A stretch of DNA of 63,558 bases, filler included, from Globobulimina sp. (lineage: Eukaryota): assembly GCA_003354225.1 (NCBI GenBank). It is 30 parts of 30 records of this genome, joined end to end, with 100 filler letters (N's around TTAATTAATTAA, not from the genome) between each part and the next. Parts side by side here need not be neighbours in the genome. Positions count along the whole stretch, not along the records: positions 12,742 to 14,764 come from PIVH01009666.1; positions 14,865 to 16,887 come from PIVH01009667.1; positions 16,988 to 19,010 come from PIVH01009668.1; positions 19,111 to 21,133 come from PIVH01009669.1; positions 21,234 to 23,256 come from PIVH01009670.1; positions 23,357 to 25,378 come from PIVH01009671.1; 24 more parts are not named here. The stretch is one strand, 5' to 3'. The notes below the pieces were generated by a model. The model ran no database searches, was not told the origin of the DNA, and was given only the letters and a program-made list of their open reading frames with translations. This document shows, piece after piece, positions 13,335 through 24,616 of the stretch. Numbering within the stretch: position 1 is the stretch's first letter; every line of letters starts with the position of its first letter. The position numbers and the translations under genes were made by a program.

Positions 13335-14639
13335 TTACAGTTTAGCTGTGAGTTTTTCATTATTCACAATATCATCAATTTTGAGTGTAGAAGGTCTATT
13401 ATTAATTTTAATATCAACCATGCTCAATGTATGCCATTTATCATCATATTTTAATTGACATGAATATCGCGCATCCAATTCTAAAAAAAGAGTCAAGAGC
13501 GCATCATCCAATAACTCTGTCTCCGAGGATTGATGATTATGTTTCAAATCATACGGAAATGAGGGATCAAACAATTGTTTATTTTTTTGTGCTCTCCATT
13601 TTTTAACTCCATTATGGAAATTGTATTCATCCAACAGTCGAACACCAATATTAAATATACTCAATGCATGCTTCCAAATCGATGTATTATATTTCCGATC
13701 ATTTATTAGTTTCATCGTAACTGCCAATGAAACAGGTGATGTATCCAATAATTTGTCATAACACTGTTTGGCCCATTTTCTTATATTTTTGTCCCTGTTA
13801 TTTAATGTATATTTTTCCAATCGATTTATGACAACATTGACATTCGTGTCACCAAAACAATCATCAATAACATGCTTAAATTTGTATATATCGCCTTCTT
13901 CCTCTTCTTTCTTGCTTAGCTTTGAGGCATATTTATTTAACAATGATTCAACATTTGTAATATTTTCTGTTAACAGTTTATGTTTCACTTTGTGAATTTG
14001 TGAGTTGTTTATAAAATATTTTACTAAATTGCATGCAATTAAATCCTGATAATTTAAGGTAGCACCAATTAAACCAATGTATGTTCCAATGGCATGTGAC
14101 ATATTTGAATGTAAATAGTATGAAAATAAGCAATCAGGAAACCAATATATTGCACATTCCGGCATTGCACACTGCGCATTCTCTGTGATAACATTATAAA
14201 ATGAGTTAATACCAATGCCGCATCCTCCGCCCATAATATATCCATCAATTAATGATATCACAGGTTTACAATACTGTGCAATTAATAAATTCAATCTATA
14301 TTCTACAAAAATAAATTGCCATGCATAAAATCCCTGTTTTATGGGATTTATTATTGATTCCGATAATTGTTCAATATCACCGCCGCAACAAAATGCTTTT
14401 GGGCAATTAGAGGTAAATAATATATATTTTATATTTTTATTGTCTTTCCAATTTAATAGTGTTTCAAGCAAATATTGCAACATTTCTATATACATCAAAG
14501 TAATTAATAATTTAATACAGTATATATAATATAGTAAAATGTAGGTTGACAAACTAAAAGTTAAAGCATTATATTTTGTGACGCGATTTAAGATAATGTG
14601 ACCACATCCATTCCGCATGATTTTTGTAGCAATATCCAT
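13335..14639 (-). CDS. HIBCH: 3-hydroxyisobutyryl-CoA hydrolase-like crotonase-family enzyme
   Basis: LNR..KYNAL, AFCCGGDI, KPVISLIDGYIMGGGCGI, AMPECAIYWFPD and SPVSLAVT. In-frame intron 14486-14554. The start could lie further upstream. Confidence 0.8.
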   Translation of the reverse strand: MDIATKIMRNGCGHIILNRVTKYNALTFSLSTYILLYYIYCIKLLITLMYIEMLQYLLETLLNWKDNKNIKYILFTSNCPKAFCCGGDIEQLSESIINPIKQGFYAWQFIFVEYRLNLLIAQYCKPVISLIDGYIMGGGCGIGINSFYNVITENAQCAMPECAIYWFPDCLFSYYLHSNMSHAIGTYIGLIGATLNYQDLIACNLVKYFINNSQIHKVKHKLLTENITNVESLLNKYASKLSKKEEEEGDIYKFKHVIDDCFGDTNVNVVINRLEKYTLNNRDKNIRKWAKQCYDKLLDTSPVSLAVTMKLINDRKYNTSIWKHALSIFNIGVRLLDEYNFHNGVKKWRAQKNKQLFDPSFPYDLKHNHQSSETELLDDALLTLFLELDARYSCQLKYDDKWHTLSMVDIKINNRPSTLKIDDIVNNEKLTAKL

Positions 14640-14945
14640 TCTTGTCTTGAGTCTGTTGCGAAAACCTTTCCTCCTCAAAAACTGAAACAATGGGGCAGTT
14701 GTTTGGTGTTTCTGCACAGTCACAAAAGCAAGAAGAAGAGGAAGATATACCATCACCAGATTACNNNNNNNNNNNNNNNNNNNNNNNNNNNNNNNNNNNN
14801 NNNNNNNNTTAATTAATTAANNNNNNNNNNNNNNNNNNNNNNNNNNNNNNNNNNNNNNNNNNNNATATTTCGGTGCGATTTAATGCAAAGAGGACAAGCG
14901 AATGATTCAAGTTAGTACACTGGAGAAAAAAAAATGTATTAAACC

Positions 14946-15698
14946 ATGGTTTCGCGAATTAATGTGAAGATTACAGTGGTTGGCGATGGTTGCGTTGGTA
15001 AAACATGTTTGCTCCTTCGATACAAACATAAAATGTTCCCGCAAGCATATATACCAACTGTTGCTACCCCGGCGATGTATTTTGAGGAGCTGCATGAACC
15101 TGAAATAAATGGGCAACATATTGCTACAAAAGTTGAATTTTGGGATACAGCCGGACAGGAAGACTATGCTCGATTGCGGCCATTATTGGCATATCCTGGA
15201 ACAACTATAATTTTGCTTTGTTTCTCAATTTTATCTCAATCTTCATTTTGGAATATGTCACAAATGTGGATTGCTGAAATTGATCATCATTTACGACATG
15301 CTGTGAAATATTTAGTTGGATTGAAATCTGATGTTAGACAAAAAGATAGCAAACATTATACATTGTTGGTGCATGGTTATATAAATCAATTCATTCGCAT
15401 TCAAATGGAATTAATGGATGATATTATAAATAATGTTAATGTTCCAAATGGTATTAAAGAGATTGTAGTCTCATATGTGGATTGGACAGCAATTACAAAT
15501 CAATACCAACATATTGAGAAGGTATCAATGGAACAAATTGACGAATTACTGTCACAAAATGAGGACATAGAACAATATTTTGAGGTATCAGCGTTGGAAG
15601 ATATAAATGTAAAATATTTATTTGACACTGCTATAAATCGTGGTACTTTATTTCAACTCAATCAGTTGAAAAAGAAAACTTATTGTATTATTAACTGA
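14946..15698 (+). CDS. Rho-family small GTPase, divergent
   Basis: G1 GDGCVGKT, YIPTV, G3 WDTAGQEDYARLRPL, G4 LKSD, G5 VSAL, polybasic KKK and CaaX-like CIIN. Confidence 0.9.
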   Translation: MVSRINVKITVVGDGCVGKTCLLLRYKHKMFPQAYIPTVATPAMYFEELHEPEINGQHIATKVEFWDTAGQEDYARLRPLLAYPGTTIILLCFSILSQSSFWNMSQMWIAEIDHHLRHAVKYLVGLKSDVRQKDSKHYTLLVHGYINQFIRIQMELMDDIINNVNVPNGIKEIVVSYVDWTAITNQYQHIEKVSMEQIDELLSQNEDIEQYFEVSALEDINVKYLFDTAINRGTLFQLNQLKKKTYCIIN

Positions 15699-16280
15699 CA
15701 ATGCCATTAAGTCATTGGTGTTTAATATTGGCACATGTCACTCCCCGCTGTATACCTAATCTTTCCGTTGTGTGCGTTTCCTGGAAATGTCAACGAGATA
15801 ATGGTTTACAGTGGACTTAGTGGAGAGTTTTAATCACAACCAAATCTTCCATTCCTCGACTACAGTACCTCAAGTCACAAACAGCTACCAATTACTGTCA
15901 TACGGTATTTATCAATTATATAATTACAATATATGGCAAGAAACGCGTAATACGTACGGCAAACCTTAAAGTAGAGCGTCTGTCTTTGTACCAATTGTGC
16001 TGTAACTGTAAACACCATAATTTGCAAACACAATATGGACAAATAGAAACAATATGCGGTCATATGACAACGCTATTACTGTCAGATAGAAACAATATAA
16101 GGTCAAATGGAAGCAGTATTTGTAGACTTGCGAATATTTGCAGTATATTGTTTCAGTTGTACATACAACCTTGTTTTAGATTTATTGCATGACTCTGAAA
16201 TTTCTTGCCATATTTTCTATTATCATTTTTTGAATTTGCGTTTAATTTCAGTATTTTTTAATTTATGCTTATAGCATTCC

Positions 16281-16712
16281 ATGGCGTTTGTTACATTGAT
16301 GGTGGTATTATGTGTTGTAGTATTTGCTGTGGAATCGGTGCCCACAGAGCCTGATGTTGCACTTGCTAAATTGGTGGATATTGTGAATGGAACCAGCGGC
16401 GTTACGTTGATAAATAGGACAGAACATAGAGGGCGAAGATTATCAGTGGTCAATAGGATGTATTCATATTATTATTATGATCCTGTTCGTGAACCAGAAG
16501 CAAATGGCTTAATAACAACCACCTTACATTTTTTTTATATTAAAGCAACGGAAGATGGTATCATCAAAGTTGAATGGCCATCGCGTCATTCATTCGATTA
16601 TTTCAATTGGAACGATTACACAGATTTATTTGCCGGAGGAGAATTGACCCACGCCATGAAAAATGATGTAATCAATTTACGCGAATATACAGTGCAAACC
16701 TTGTTGGATTAA
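16281..16712 (+). CDS. Secreted hypothetical protein
   Basis: Signal peptide MAFVTLMVVLCVVVFA and a basic GRRL motif. Coding-like sequence continues in another frame after ~16743. Confidence 0.55.
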   Translation: MAFVTLMVVLCVVVFAVESVPTEPDVALAKLVDIVNGTSGVTLINRTEHRGRRLSVVNRMYSYYYYDPVREPEANGLITTTLHFFYIKATEDGIIKVEWPSRHSFDYFNWNDYTDLFAGGELTHAMKNDVINLREYTVQTLLD

Positions 16713-17318
16713 AGTATTCGGAAAGGGTCAAATAATCGTTAGAACTGTCTCACTGCCGAATATAGCTTCGAGAAGAGTGGATCAGACACATTAACCTCAG
16801 ATTATGATTTTACGTATGTCAAATGGACTGAACCGCGACGAGTGGTCCCCAATCTTATCAGTTTTTGCAATAAATTCTTTGAAATCTNNNNNNNNNNNNN
16901 NNNNNNNNNNNNNNNNNNNNNNNNNNNNNNNTTAATTAATTAANNNNNNNNNNNNNNNNNNNNNNNNNNNNNNNNNNNNNNNNNNNNTGCTACAAAATAT
17001 GTGAGTAATTGTTTATTATGTCCTTTTACATATAAATACGGTGACATAATTCAGTATTTATTCGTTTAGTCTGTTAAATATTGATTGTAGACGGAAAAAA
17101 TCAACTCAATTAGTGATTTTACTTTCTTTTCACTTAAATGCACTAACTATATTACCATATTTTTTTTTTCATTTTATGAGATTTTGTAAGAATCTCAGAA
17201 AAATTTAAACCGCTCAATGTTTGCGAATTTTACCGCCATGGAGACCAGTACCATGCATTGGACTTTTAAAAGTGCAGAATTTGATGGTTGGTCACGATAT
17301 ATAATATACAATAATCTG

Positions 17319-18323
17319 TTAAATAAAAGTATGACATAAACTTAACGCATCCTGTATGACCTCATCATATTGGTTTAAATGAGTTCGAGCAGCAGCTCGA
17401 CATGAAAAATACACCGCCTTTGCTGGATTTAAACTTATTGCCCCGGTATATTTATCAACTGCGTCATTAAATTTGTTGCTTGCCAACAATTTATTGCCAT
17501 CCTTGAACATTTCGGATGCTTTTAAATGTTTATCATCTGTTTCTGGTTCTGTTGGTACTGATATTTCTTGAGAATTCGAATGAGTACTAATAGCTGGCTC
17601 TGAAACAGTACTATCGTCATCGAACGATTTCTGTGTAGTTTGACTCATATTTTCATCCATTGTTTCCTTCATATTTTGATCAGTTTCCTTGTTTTTAACT
17701 GTCAATGGAGCGGTCACCGAATTAATCTCAATATTTTCAATATTTATGGTACTTATAATCTTGTCAAGGGAAGGTAGATTAAGCTCGTTTTTATTGTTTT
17801 TCTCCACAGAAACACTCTCAGTCTCTGATAAATACATTGAAATTGTATTATTAGAACCAAATACGGAATGAACGTCTGCATTTATCTCATTTATTGTATC
17901 TGTCGTATCAGTCATTGATACATCTTGCGTAGTATCATCGTCTTTGTTTTCATGGTCAAGTTTCTCATCATTTGGTTCGACAGATTTCGATAACTGTTCC
18001 TTGATTTCGTCATTTGTAGAAAGCACTGTTGTTGTATTTACATTTTGATTTGTTTTGTTGCTATTTGGTGTGGCATTGGCGGCTGCTTTGCAATTAACAT
18101 TTATATCGGCGGTTGCTGTTTTACTCTGATTTTGTTGCAATTGTTGCAAATTATTTAATTTAAATAGTTGCGAGTATAATATTTGTTGCATTTTGAAATG
18201 AAGAAATGCTTTTTGTTGTAATAATTGATTGATATGGTTGGAATATGTCACTTCTAATTCTTGTATTAGTTTCCCATGTTTTGCGATTATGAAATTGCGT
18301 GCGGCTGTCAGATCTGTCGCCAT
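17319..18323 (-). CDS. Protein with N-terminal coiled coil, low-complexity linker and C-terminal TPR motifs
   Basis: ASEMFKDGNKLLASNKFNDAVDKYTGAISLNPAKAVYFSCRAAA is an SGT/STI1-type TPR. Confidence 0.75.
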   Translation of the reverse strand: MATDLTAARNFIIAKHGKLIQELEVTYSNHINQLLQQKAFLHFKMQQILYSQLFKLNNLQQLQQNQSKTATADINVNCKAAANATPNSNKTNQNVNTTTVLSTNDEIKEQLSKSVEPNDEKLDHENKDDDTTQDVSMTDTTDTINEINADVHSVFGSNNTISMYLSETESVSVEKNNKNELNLPSLDKIISTINIENIEINSVTAPLTVKNKETDQNMKETMDENMSQTTQKSFDDDSTVSEPAISTHSNSQEISVPTEPETDDKHLKASEMFKDGNKLLASNKFNDAVDKYTGAISLNPAKAVYFSCRAAARTHLNQYDEVIQDALSLCHTFI

Positions 18324-19275
18324 GTTAAAAAAAAAGAGTTACTAAATCCCAGTTATTATCCGGTGACGCAGTCACCGTTATCCATTCTGAGAAAAAAAAA
18401 CACCAAAATTCAACAATCTGAGTCATTCGCAATCTGTTTTTCGGTTTGCGTATACAAATAAATCGAATGACAGTTAGGGAAGTTTAGGGCAGCGGCGAGG
18501 AGGACATATATGCAAAACAACAAAATATGCACGACAGTGAGTCAGTGACAACACCGTGTATTTACTGTTTGGTCACTGATTTTTTATGTAAACACAGTAG
18601 AGTTGGATATTGCTTTTTTGATAGGCAAAACTTGGTGTACCCAAAAATGTGTTAACACGCCAAATATGCACAACATAAAACCAAAAATCAATTTCTATTA
18701 TTTGTATCTGTTAATGAAAAAATTAAATTAAAAAATAGAAATGTACTTCAAGTTTTCAAGTCATTTTAAAGTAACCCGTTGGCATTTTGTTTTTTTCGCT
18801 AATTAGTTAACAAAGTGTGATGGCCTGATGGGTAATACGTGTCCTAATCAGTTCATTCAACAAGTATGTTATCTTATATATTTGTGATATTTAAATGTGA
18901 AAACTAAAAAAGGTTCTTGAACAATAAAAACAAAAACAATGTCAAACGTATACTAAGCAGCGTCACCGGTTGTTGAAATCCTGTCAGAGCATGATTTTGA
19001 CCCTACAATTNNNNNNNNNNNNNNNNNNNNNNNNNNNNNNNNNNNNNNNNNNNNTTAATTAATTAANNNNNNNNNNNNNNNNNNNNNNNNNNNNNNNNNN
19101 NNNNNNNNNNTTTTTATTGGGGAATTATAAGTTTGATGGTGATGACAAATACAAATTCAAATTAAAATGTGTGGAAAATCTAAAAAAGCAATGCAATGCA
19201 ACGGAAAGATCACAAATTAAACAATATAATGGAAACAATAGATGCAAAAATCTATAATTATTTACAATCAGATAA

Positions 19276-21133
19276 TTAACTCAATTTAAATTGTTGTTTC
19301 TTCCTCAACTGAATAAGTCTCAAAACAAAAGAGAACGCATTGTCAGATATCTCTTTTAATTCTTCTTTTTGTGTGTAATGACAACCAAACAAATTGGGCA
19401 CAAACGAACTAATAATACAATTGTCGTGGTTTAATTTCAAACTGTACCAAGAACTCATTTCAATCAAAAAATCAATACTCCATAAAAACAGTGACATGTA
19501 TGGCTCCGCCAAGGCCGCAACGAATTGCATTGTAAACTCATCATCGCTCAGCTCATTATGCCGTGTAACGAATTGCGATGAGATATTATTCTCATTCAAC
19601 ACTGGAAATGGTTTTATTTCGCGATACCACCGCAACAAACCATGCCATACAACTTCGCTCTCTGTCTTATCAAACTTATAATGGCCACAATTCATGTCAC
19701 CCACCAAATTATTTATTAATTGCTTGGATGGATGTGCTTTATTATAAAATTTATTCTTTTTCTCATTTTCATGCTCCACAATTATCACTTCCTCCTCCTC
19801 CTCGCTGTCATACTCATATTCATCGTCGTTATCATTCTCATTGTCGTAATCATGGCTTATTTTCAATAAATGGAACCGAATCAGCTGTATACAAACCGGT
19901 ATTTTCGAGGGATAAATGGCCAATTTTGTCGACTGCAGCACGCCAACATACACATTAAACTGCCGCGGACAAAAGGAATATGTGATTTCCATCTCGCTCT
20001 TATTCAAATACGCCGCAAATTTGTCCGGCACGCTCAAAACCGCAGTGATAGTGGTCGTTTTTATGCCGATTCTGGGCTTTGGAATCAAGTGTTTCTTCGA
20101 AGTGGCCAATGCTGTGCTGCCAATCAGCACCAATTCGCCACTTCGTTTCATATACACGCCGACCCGCAACGACTTGGCGTCTTTGGTCACGGAGGCCGGC
20201 AAATTCTGCCATATTATTTCTTTCTGCTTTTGGGACTCGGATTGACTGCAAAAGACGGGATACGATTTGATCACAATCAGCGTCGGTAAGGACCCTAATT
20301 TTTTACGCGCTGGCAAGGCAAACCTAAATTTTTTGGATTTCAGTTCTCTTAATTTCGCAGCGGGACTCATCGGCGCCGGACTGCCTTTACCTTTACGCGT
20401 TTGCTTTTGAGCGCGACTTCGCTCAATTTTGTCGCACTCGCCTTGGTATACTCGGACATAATACGTCTCAGAGGCCGTCATTTTGCCGCGTACCAAATTC
20501 TTACACTTGACTTTCTTCACTGTGAGCACGCCGGGAATCGGTGGCAGCTGCTCAAATTTATCCGTTTTCCTCTTTTTCCTCAGTTTGGCCATCGATGGCA
20601 ACGGCTTAGTGGGACACGGCGGTGCCACTATGCAAGGCGGCGCAAATTGGGCGAAATCCGCTGACTTTTCTTCCTCTGCTGCTTGTTGTGGTGGTGCAGG
20701 ACCTGCAAAATCCGGCATATTTAGCTCTGAATTGATGATATCCTCCACACTCAGTTTCCGCGTTCCATCCTCCTCATTGTCCGCATTGTGCTCCATATCC
20801 CGTTCTACGTCGAGTACAATATCGCTTACAATGTCACTTACACTCTGTATGGATTCCTGATGCTGTGCTCCGTCCCCATCCGGATATACATTGGCCGTGC
20901 CCGGCGCGCCCGGATCCATATCACCCTCATCACCGTCGCTGCCACCCACCAATTCAGACACATCATGCGCCAATCTCTCCGCATGGACCATAGCGTGAAT
21001 AGCAGCCAATTGAGCCGGCGTAGTGTACGGAATGGAGCGGGGTCGATTCACTCGATCAAAATCGGGCGGTTTCTGTGCTTTTCTTAAGTCGTCAATGTTT
21101 GATTTGGATTTGGCTTTATGTTTTTGTTTGGAT
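19276..21133 (-). CDS. Protein with degenerate C-terminal RhoGAP-like domain (5' truncated)
   Basis: KIPVCI..., LLRWYREIKPFPVL, L.EPYMSLFLWSIDFL and FVPNLF match RhoGAP helices. Confidence 0.65.
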
Positions 21134-21233
21134 NNNNNNNNNNNNNNNNNNNNNNNNNNNNNNNNNNNNNNNNNNNNTTAATTAATTAANNNNNNNNNNN
21201 NNNNNNNNNNNNNNNNNNNNNNNNNNNNNNNNN

Positions 21234-23236
21234 GACAGGGACAATTTTGGCAATAAGCGATTAGACATTGCGGGCCCGTTAATGGGCAATTTGTTTCGAT
21301 TGTTGTTGCACCGGCAAGTAAAGCAAGCGGAGAGGAAGGTTAAAAGATGGATTTTCCGATATGATGCAGACAGCATTCAAAGAGATCAAGAACTCAAGTT
21401 TTTGCTGGATGAGGGAGAGCTGATCAGCAAAGGATTGAAATATTCGTTGGCCACTGGCAACTGGGGCACGTCGGATAATATTAAAAAAACTGGAGTCTCG
21501 CAGATACTGCAACGCTTAACCTTTGCTTCCACGTTAAGCCATTTGAGGAGACTGAATACGCCGTTAGGCAGAGATGGCAAGTTGGCAAAACCTCGAATGC
21601 TGCACAATACGCATTGGGGAATGTGTTGTCCGGCAGAGACGCCAGAGGGCCAAGCTTGTGGATTGGTGAAGAACTTGGCATTAATGGCGAGTGTCGCTGT
21701 CGGGTCGAGTCAGGATCTTATCACTGATTTCCTGGAGGTATACACTATATATTTCTGACCGCTTTTATTTATTTCCGACGTCTGACTGTATACAGGAATG
21801 GAGCATGGAGAGTTTAGACGATATATTAGCCGCAGTGATCCCGCACTCAACCAAAATATTTGTAAATGGCTCGTGGGTCGGTATTACCCGGACGCCGCAC
21901 GAATTGGTGCGCACATTGCGCGATTTGCGGCGTGCAGTGACTATACCGATCGAAGTGTCGGTAGTCTGGCAAATCAGAGACAAAGAGATTCAAATCTGGA
22001 GTGATCCCGGCCGCTGTTTGCGCCCCTTATACATTGTCGATATGGAGACGCAGCAATTGTCGCTAACCCGGCAACACATTGACTTGATTGCCTCCAAAGA
22101 ATGGACCTTTGACGACTTAGTAACCAGCGGTTTGATCGAATTCGTAGACGTCGAAGAAGAAGACACCATAATGATCGTGATGGATGTTAAATTTTTCCAA
22201 ACCTCAGCTGCCCGCATATACTCTCGGCAATATACGCATTGTGAGATCCACCCCGCTATGATGTTAGGTATCTGTGCCTCTATCATTCCATTCCCAGATC
22301 ACAATCAATCTCCGCGTAACGTGTATCAATCCGCAATGGGCAAACAGGCCATGGGTGTGTACTGCAGCAACTTTCAACTGCGCTTCGACACACTGGCTCA
22401 TATTATCCATTATCCACAAAAGCCATTAGCATGTACGCGGAGTATGGAATATTTACGTTTTCGAGAATTGCCAGCTGGGCAGAATGCCATTGTGGCCATT
22501 GCTTGTTACTCTGGCTATAACCAGGAAGACTCCATCATCATCAATCAAGGCAGCATTGATCGCGGCTTTATGCGCTCATCATTTTATCGCGGATACCACG
22601 ATGAAGAGCAACATAAAGGCTATGGACTGAATGAGTTGTTTGAGAAACCTTCGCGGCAAACCTGCGGTGGTCTGCGTTATGGGTCGTATGATAAGCTGGA
22701 TACGGATGGACTTATCTGCCCCGCAACGCGCGTGTCTGGAGATGACATAATTATTGGTAAGACTGCGCCGGTCGAGCTGAAACAGGACGATATGGACAGT
22801 AATACTATCGTCAATAACGAGATTATGAAAAAAATCCGACACACCAAACGAGACACATCCACTGCACTGCGATCGTCAGAGTCTGGCATCGTGGATATGG
22901 TCATGATGACTATGAACGAAGAGGGTCGCAGATTCGTTAAAGTGAGAGTGCGGTCGCTGAGAATCCCGCAAATTGGGGATAAGTTTGCCTCGAGACATGG
23001 CCAAAAAGGCACTTGTGGCATGACCTTTTTTCAGGAGAATATGCCGTTTAATATGCTGGGCATGAATCCGGATATGATCATCAATCCACACTGTATACCC
23101 TCTCGGATGACGGTGGGACATTTAATCGAATGTCTACTGTCCAAAGTGTGCTCTATCACCGGCAATGAAGGGGATGCCACGCCGTTTGAGTATCATTTGA
23201 CAGTGGAAAAGATCATGAATAATTTGCACGCATACG
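21234..23236 (+). CDS. RPB2: RNA polymerase II second-largest subunit, internal fragment
   Basis: [55 protein letters not shown] and [12 protein letters not shown]. Intron 21738-21795; a further donor is likely at 23237. Confidence 0.97.
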
Positions 23237-23356
23237 GTATAAAGATCTGTGAAATTNNNNNNNNNNNNNNNNNNNNNNNNNNNNNNNNNNNNNNNNNNNN
23301 TTAATTAATTAANNNNNNNNNNNNNNNNNNNNNNNNNNNNNNNNNNNNNNNNNNNN

Positions 23357-24398
23357 AATTGCATCAAAAACCAATGACAATAACACCACAATAATACCTA
23401 CAACACAACACAAAATAAAATAAAAATACATGCAAACATAAAATGTAACGTACAAAACTTACCTAAAATGTTAAAATTAAGCTGATGACTGTCCCCAAAT
23501 GTAAATAAGACCGCGGATCCCACCAACAACGGAGCGGCAATATACTCGCATTTATGATACACTTTCTTCAAACAACAGACGGATCCGAGCATGACAGAGA
23601 TTAACTTCATCGATTTAAAGATAACCTGAGTCGGATAGTTCAATAATAATAAGGCCATATTGGTCAATGCCCGCGAACACATCATGGCAAATGCCACAAT
23701 TAAGTGATATTTGAGCGCCATTTGTTTCTCAAATATAATGCCAATTATTGATAATATTTTGCTTGCATTTGGACTCAAAGTCCGCTCCAAATATTCCTGC
23801 TTTGGTCCGTTGGATTTCTTGTTTAGCGCTGGATTGTCACATGCATTGCCATTATTTATTAAGGATTCGGTCTCAGATTCCGATAAAACCTCTCTTTGTT
23901 GGGGTAATTGTGTGATTTTTGAGAGGGAGTTGAATAAACGCTCAATCATAGCGAATACAGTGAATATAATTAATTCGACGGCAGTCATAAACCAGCCATA
24001 AGAGAAATTTTCAAATTCGAATTTAAAACCTTCCTCAACGTAACCAGTGAGGACAAAACCAAATAATATGATAATGGTCAATATGATGGCTTGAGTGGTT
24101 GGCTGTAAATGAGATAAATCCATACCAAATAAGGAGACGTTTGTATGGTCGTTTAAGCGCGTTTTTTTCTTTGAGGAATCTACGGAGTCATGTACACGAC
24201 GGGAATGTGTTTGTATGTCCGTTTTTTTGTCGCTTGCGATTTGACTGATTTCTTGCTTGCTGGATGTGGCTATTAAGTAATATTTTCAGTCAAAACACGA
24301 TTTGCACGATGTTCATAGCTTTCGTGCGGTTATTCTCGTTTTTGACTGAAAGTATTACTTATTAGGAGTGATGAACTCAGGTTCTTCATTTGTTGCAT
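23357..24398 (-). CDS. PAPS/nucleotide-sugar transporter (UAA family, SLC35B3-like), 3' truncated
   Basis: LTNMALLLLNYPTQVIFKSMKLISVM. Exons 24398-24359, 24269-23463 and 23397-23357 splice in frame. Confidence 0.85.
24271..24364. mobile_element. MITE-like foldback forming an intron (introner candidate)
   Basis: Inverted arms at 24276-24300 and 24336-24359 (1 mismatch, 1 indel), inner stem GCACGA/TCGTGC, and a direct TATTA at 24271-24275 and 24360-24364. Confidence 0.6.
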
Positions 24399-24616
24399 TG
24401 TATTTTGATGGTTTGTTGCTTAGCGACGGATGGTTTGAACTCAGGTGGAAAAATGTCTAGAAAAGTTTTTTTTAAGATATTGCAGAAACAATAAGAGTGC
24501 AAGGATATGACTGTACAATCTCGAATTTTTAGGAATGTTATCATCATAAAATCTGCAATTTAATCTTGATACAATGAATAAAGCAGAAAAACAATTACAA
24601 AGCCATTTTTTATCTT

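Noticed and set aside
15875-16063. Short minus-strand ORF with a signal-peptide-like start
   Set aside because: No convincing downstream exon could be assembled.
21234-23236. Giant-virus RNA polymerase
   Set aside because: It has a spliceosomal intron and closely follows the cellular Pol II RPB2 motifs.
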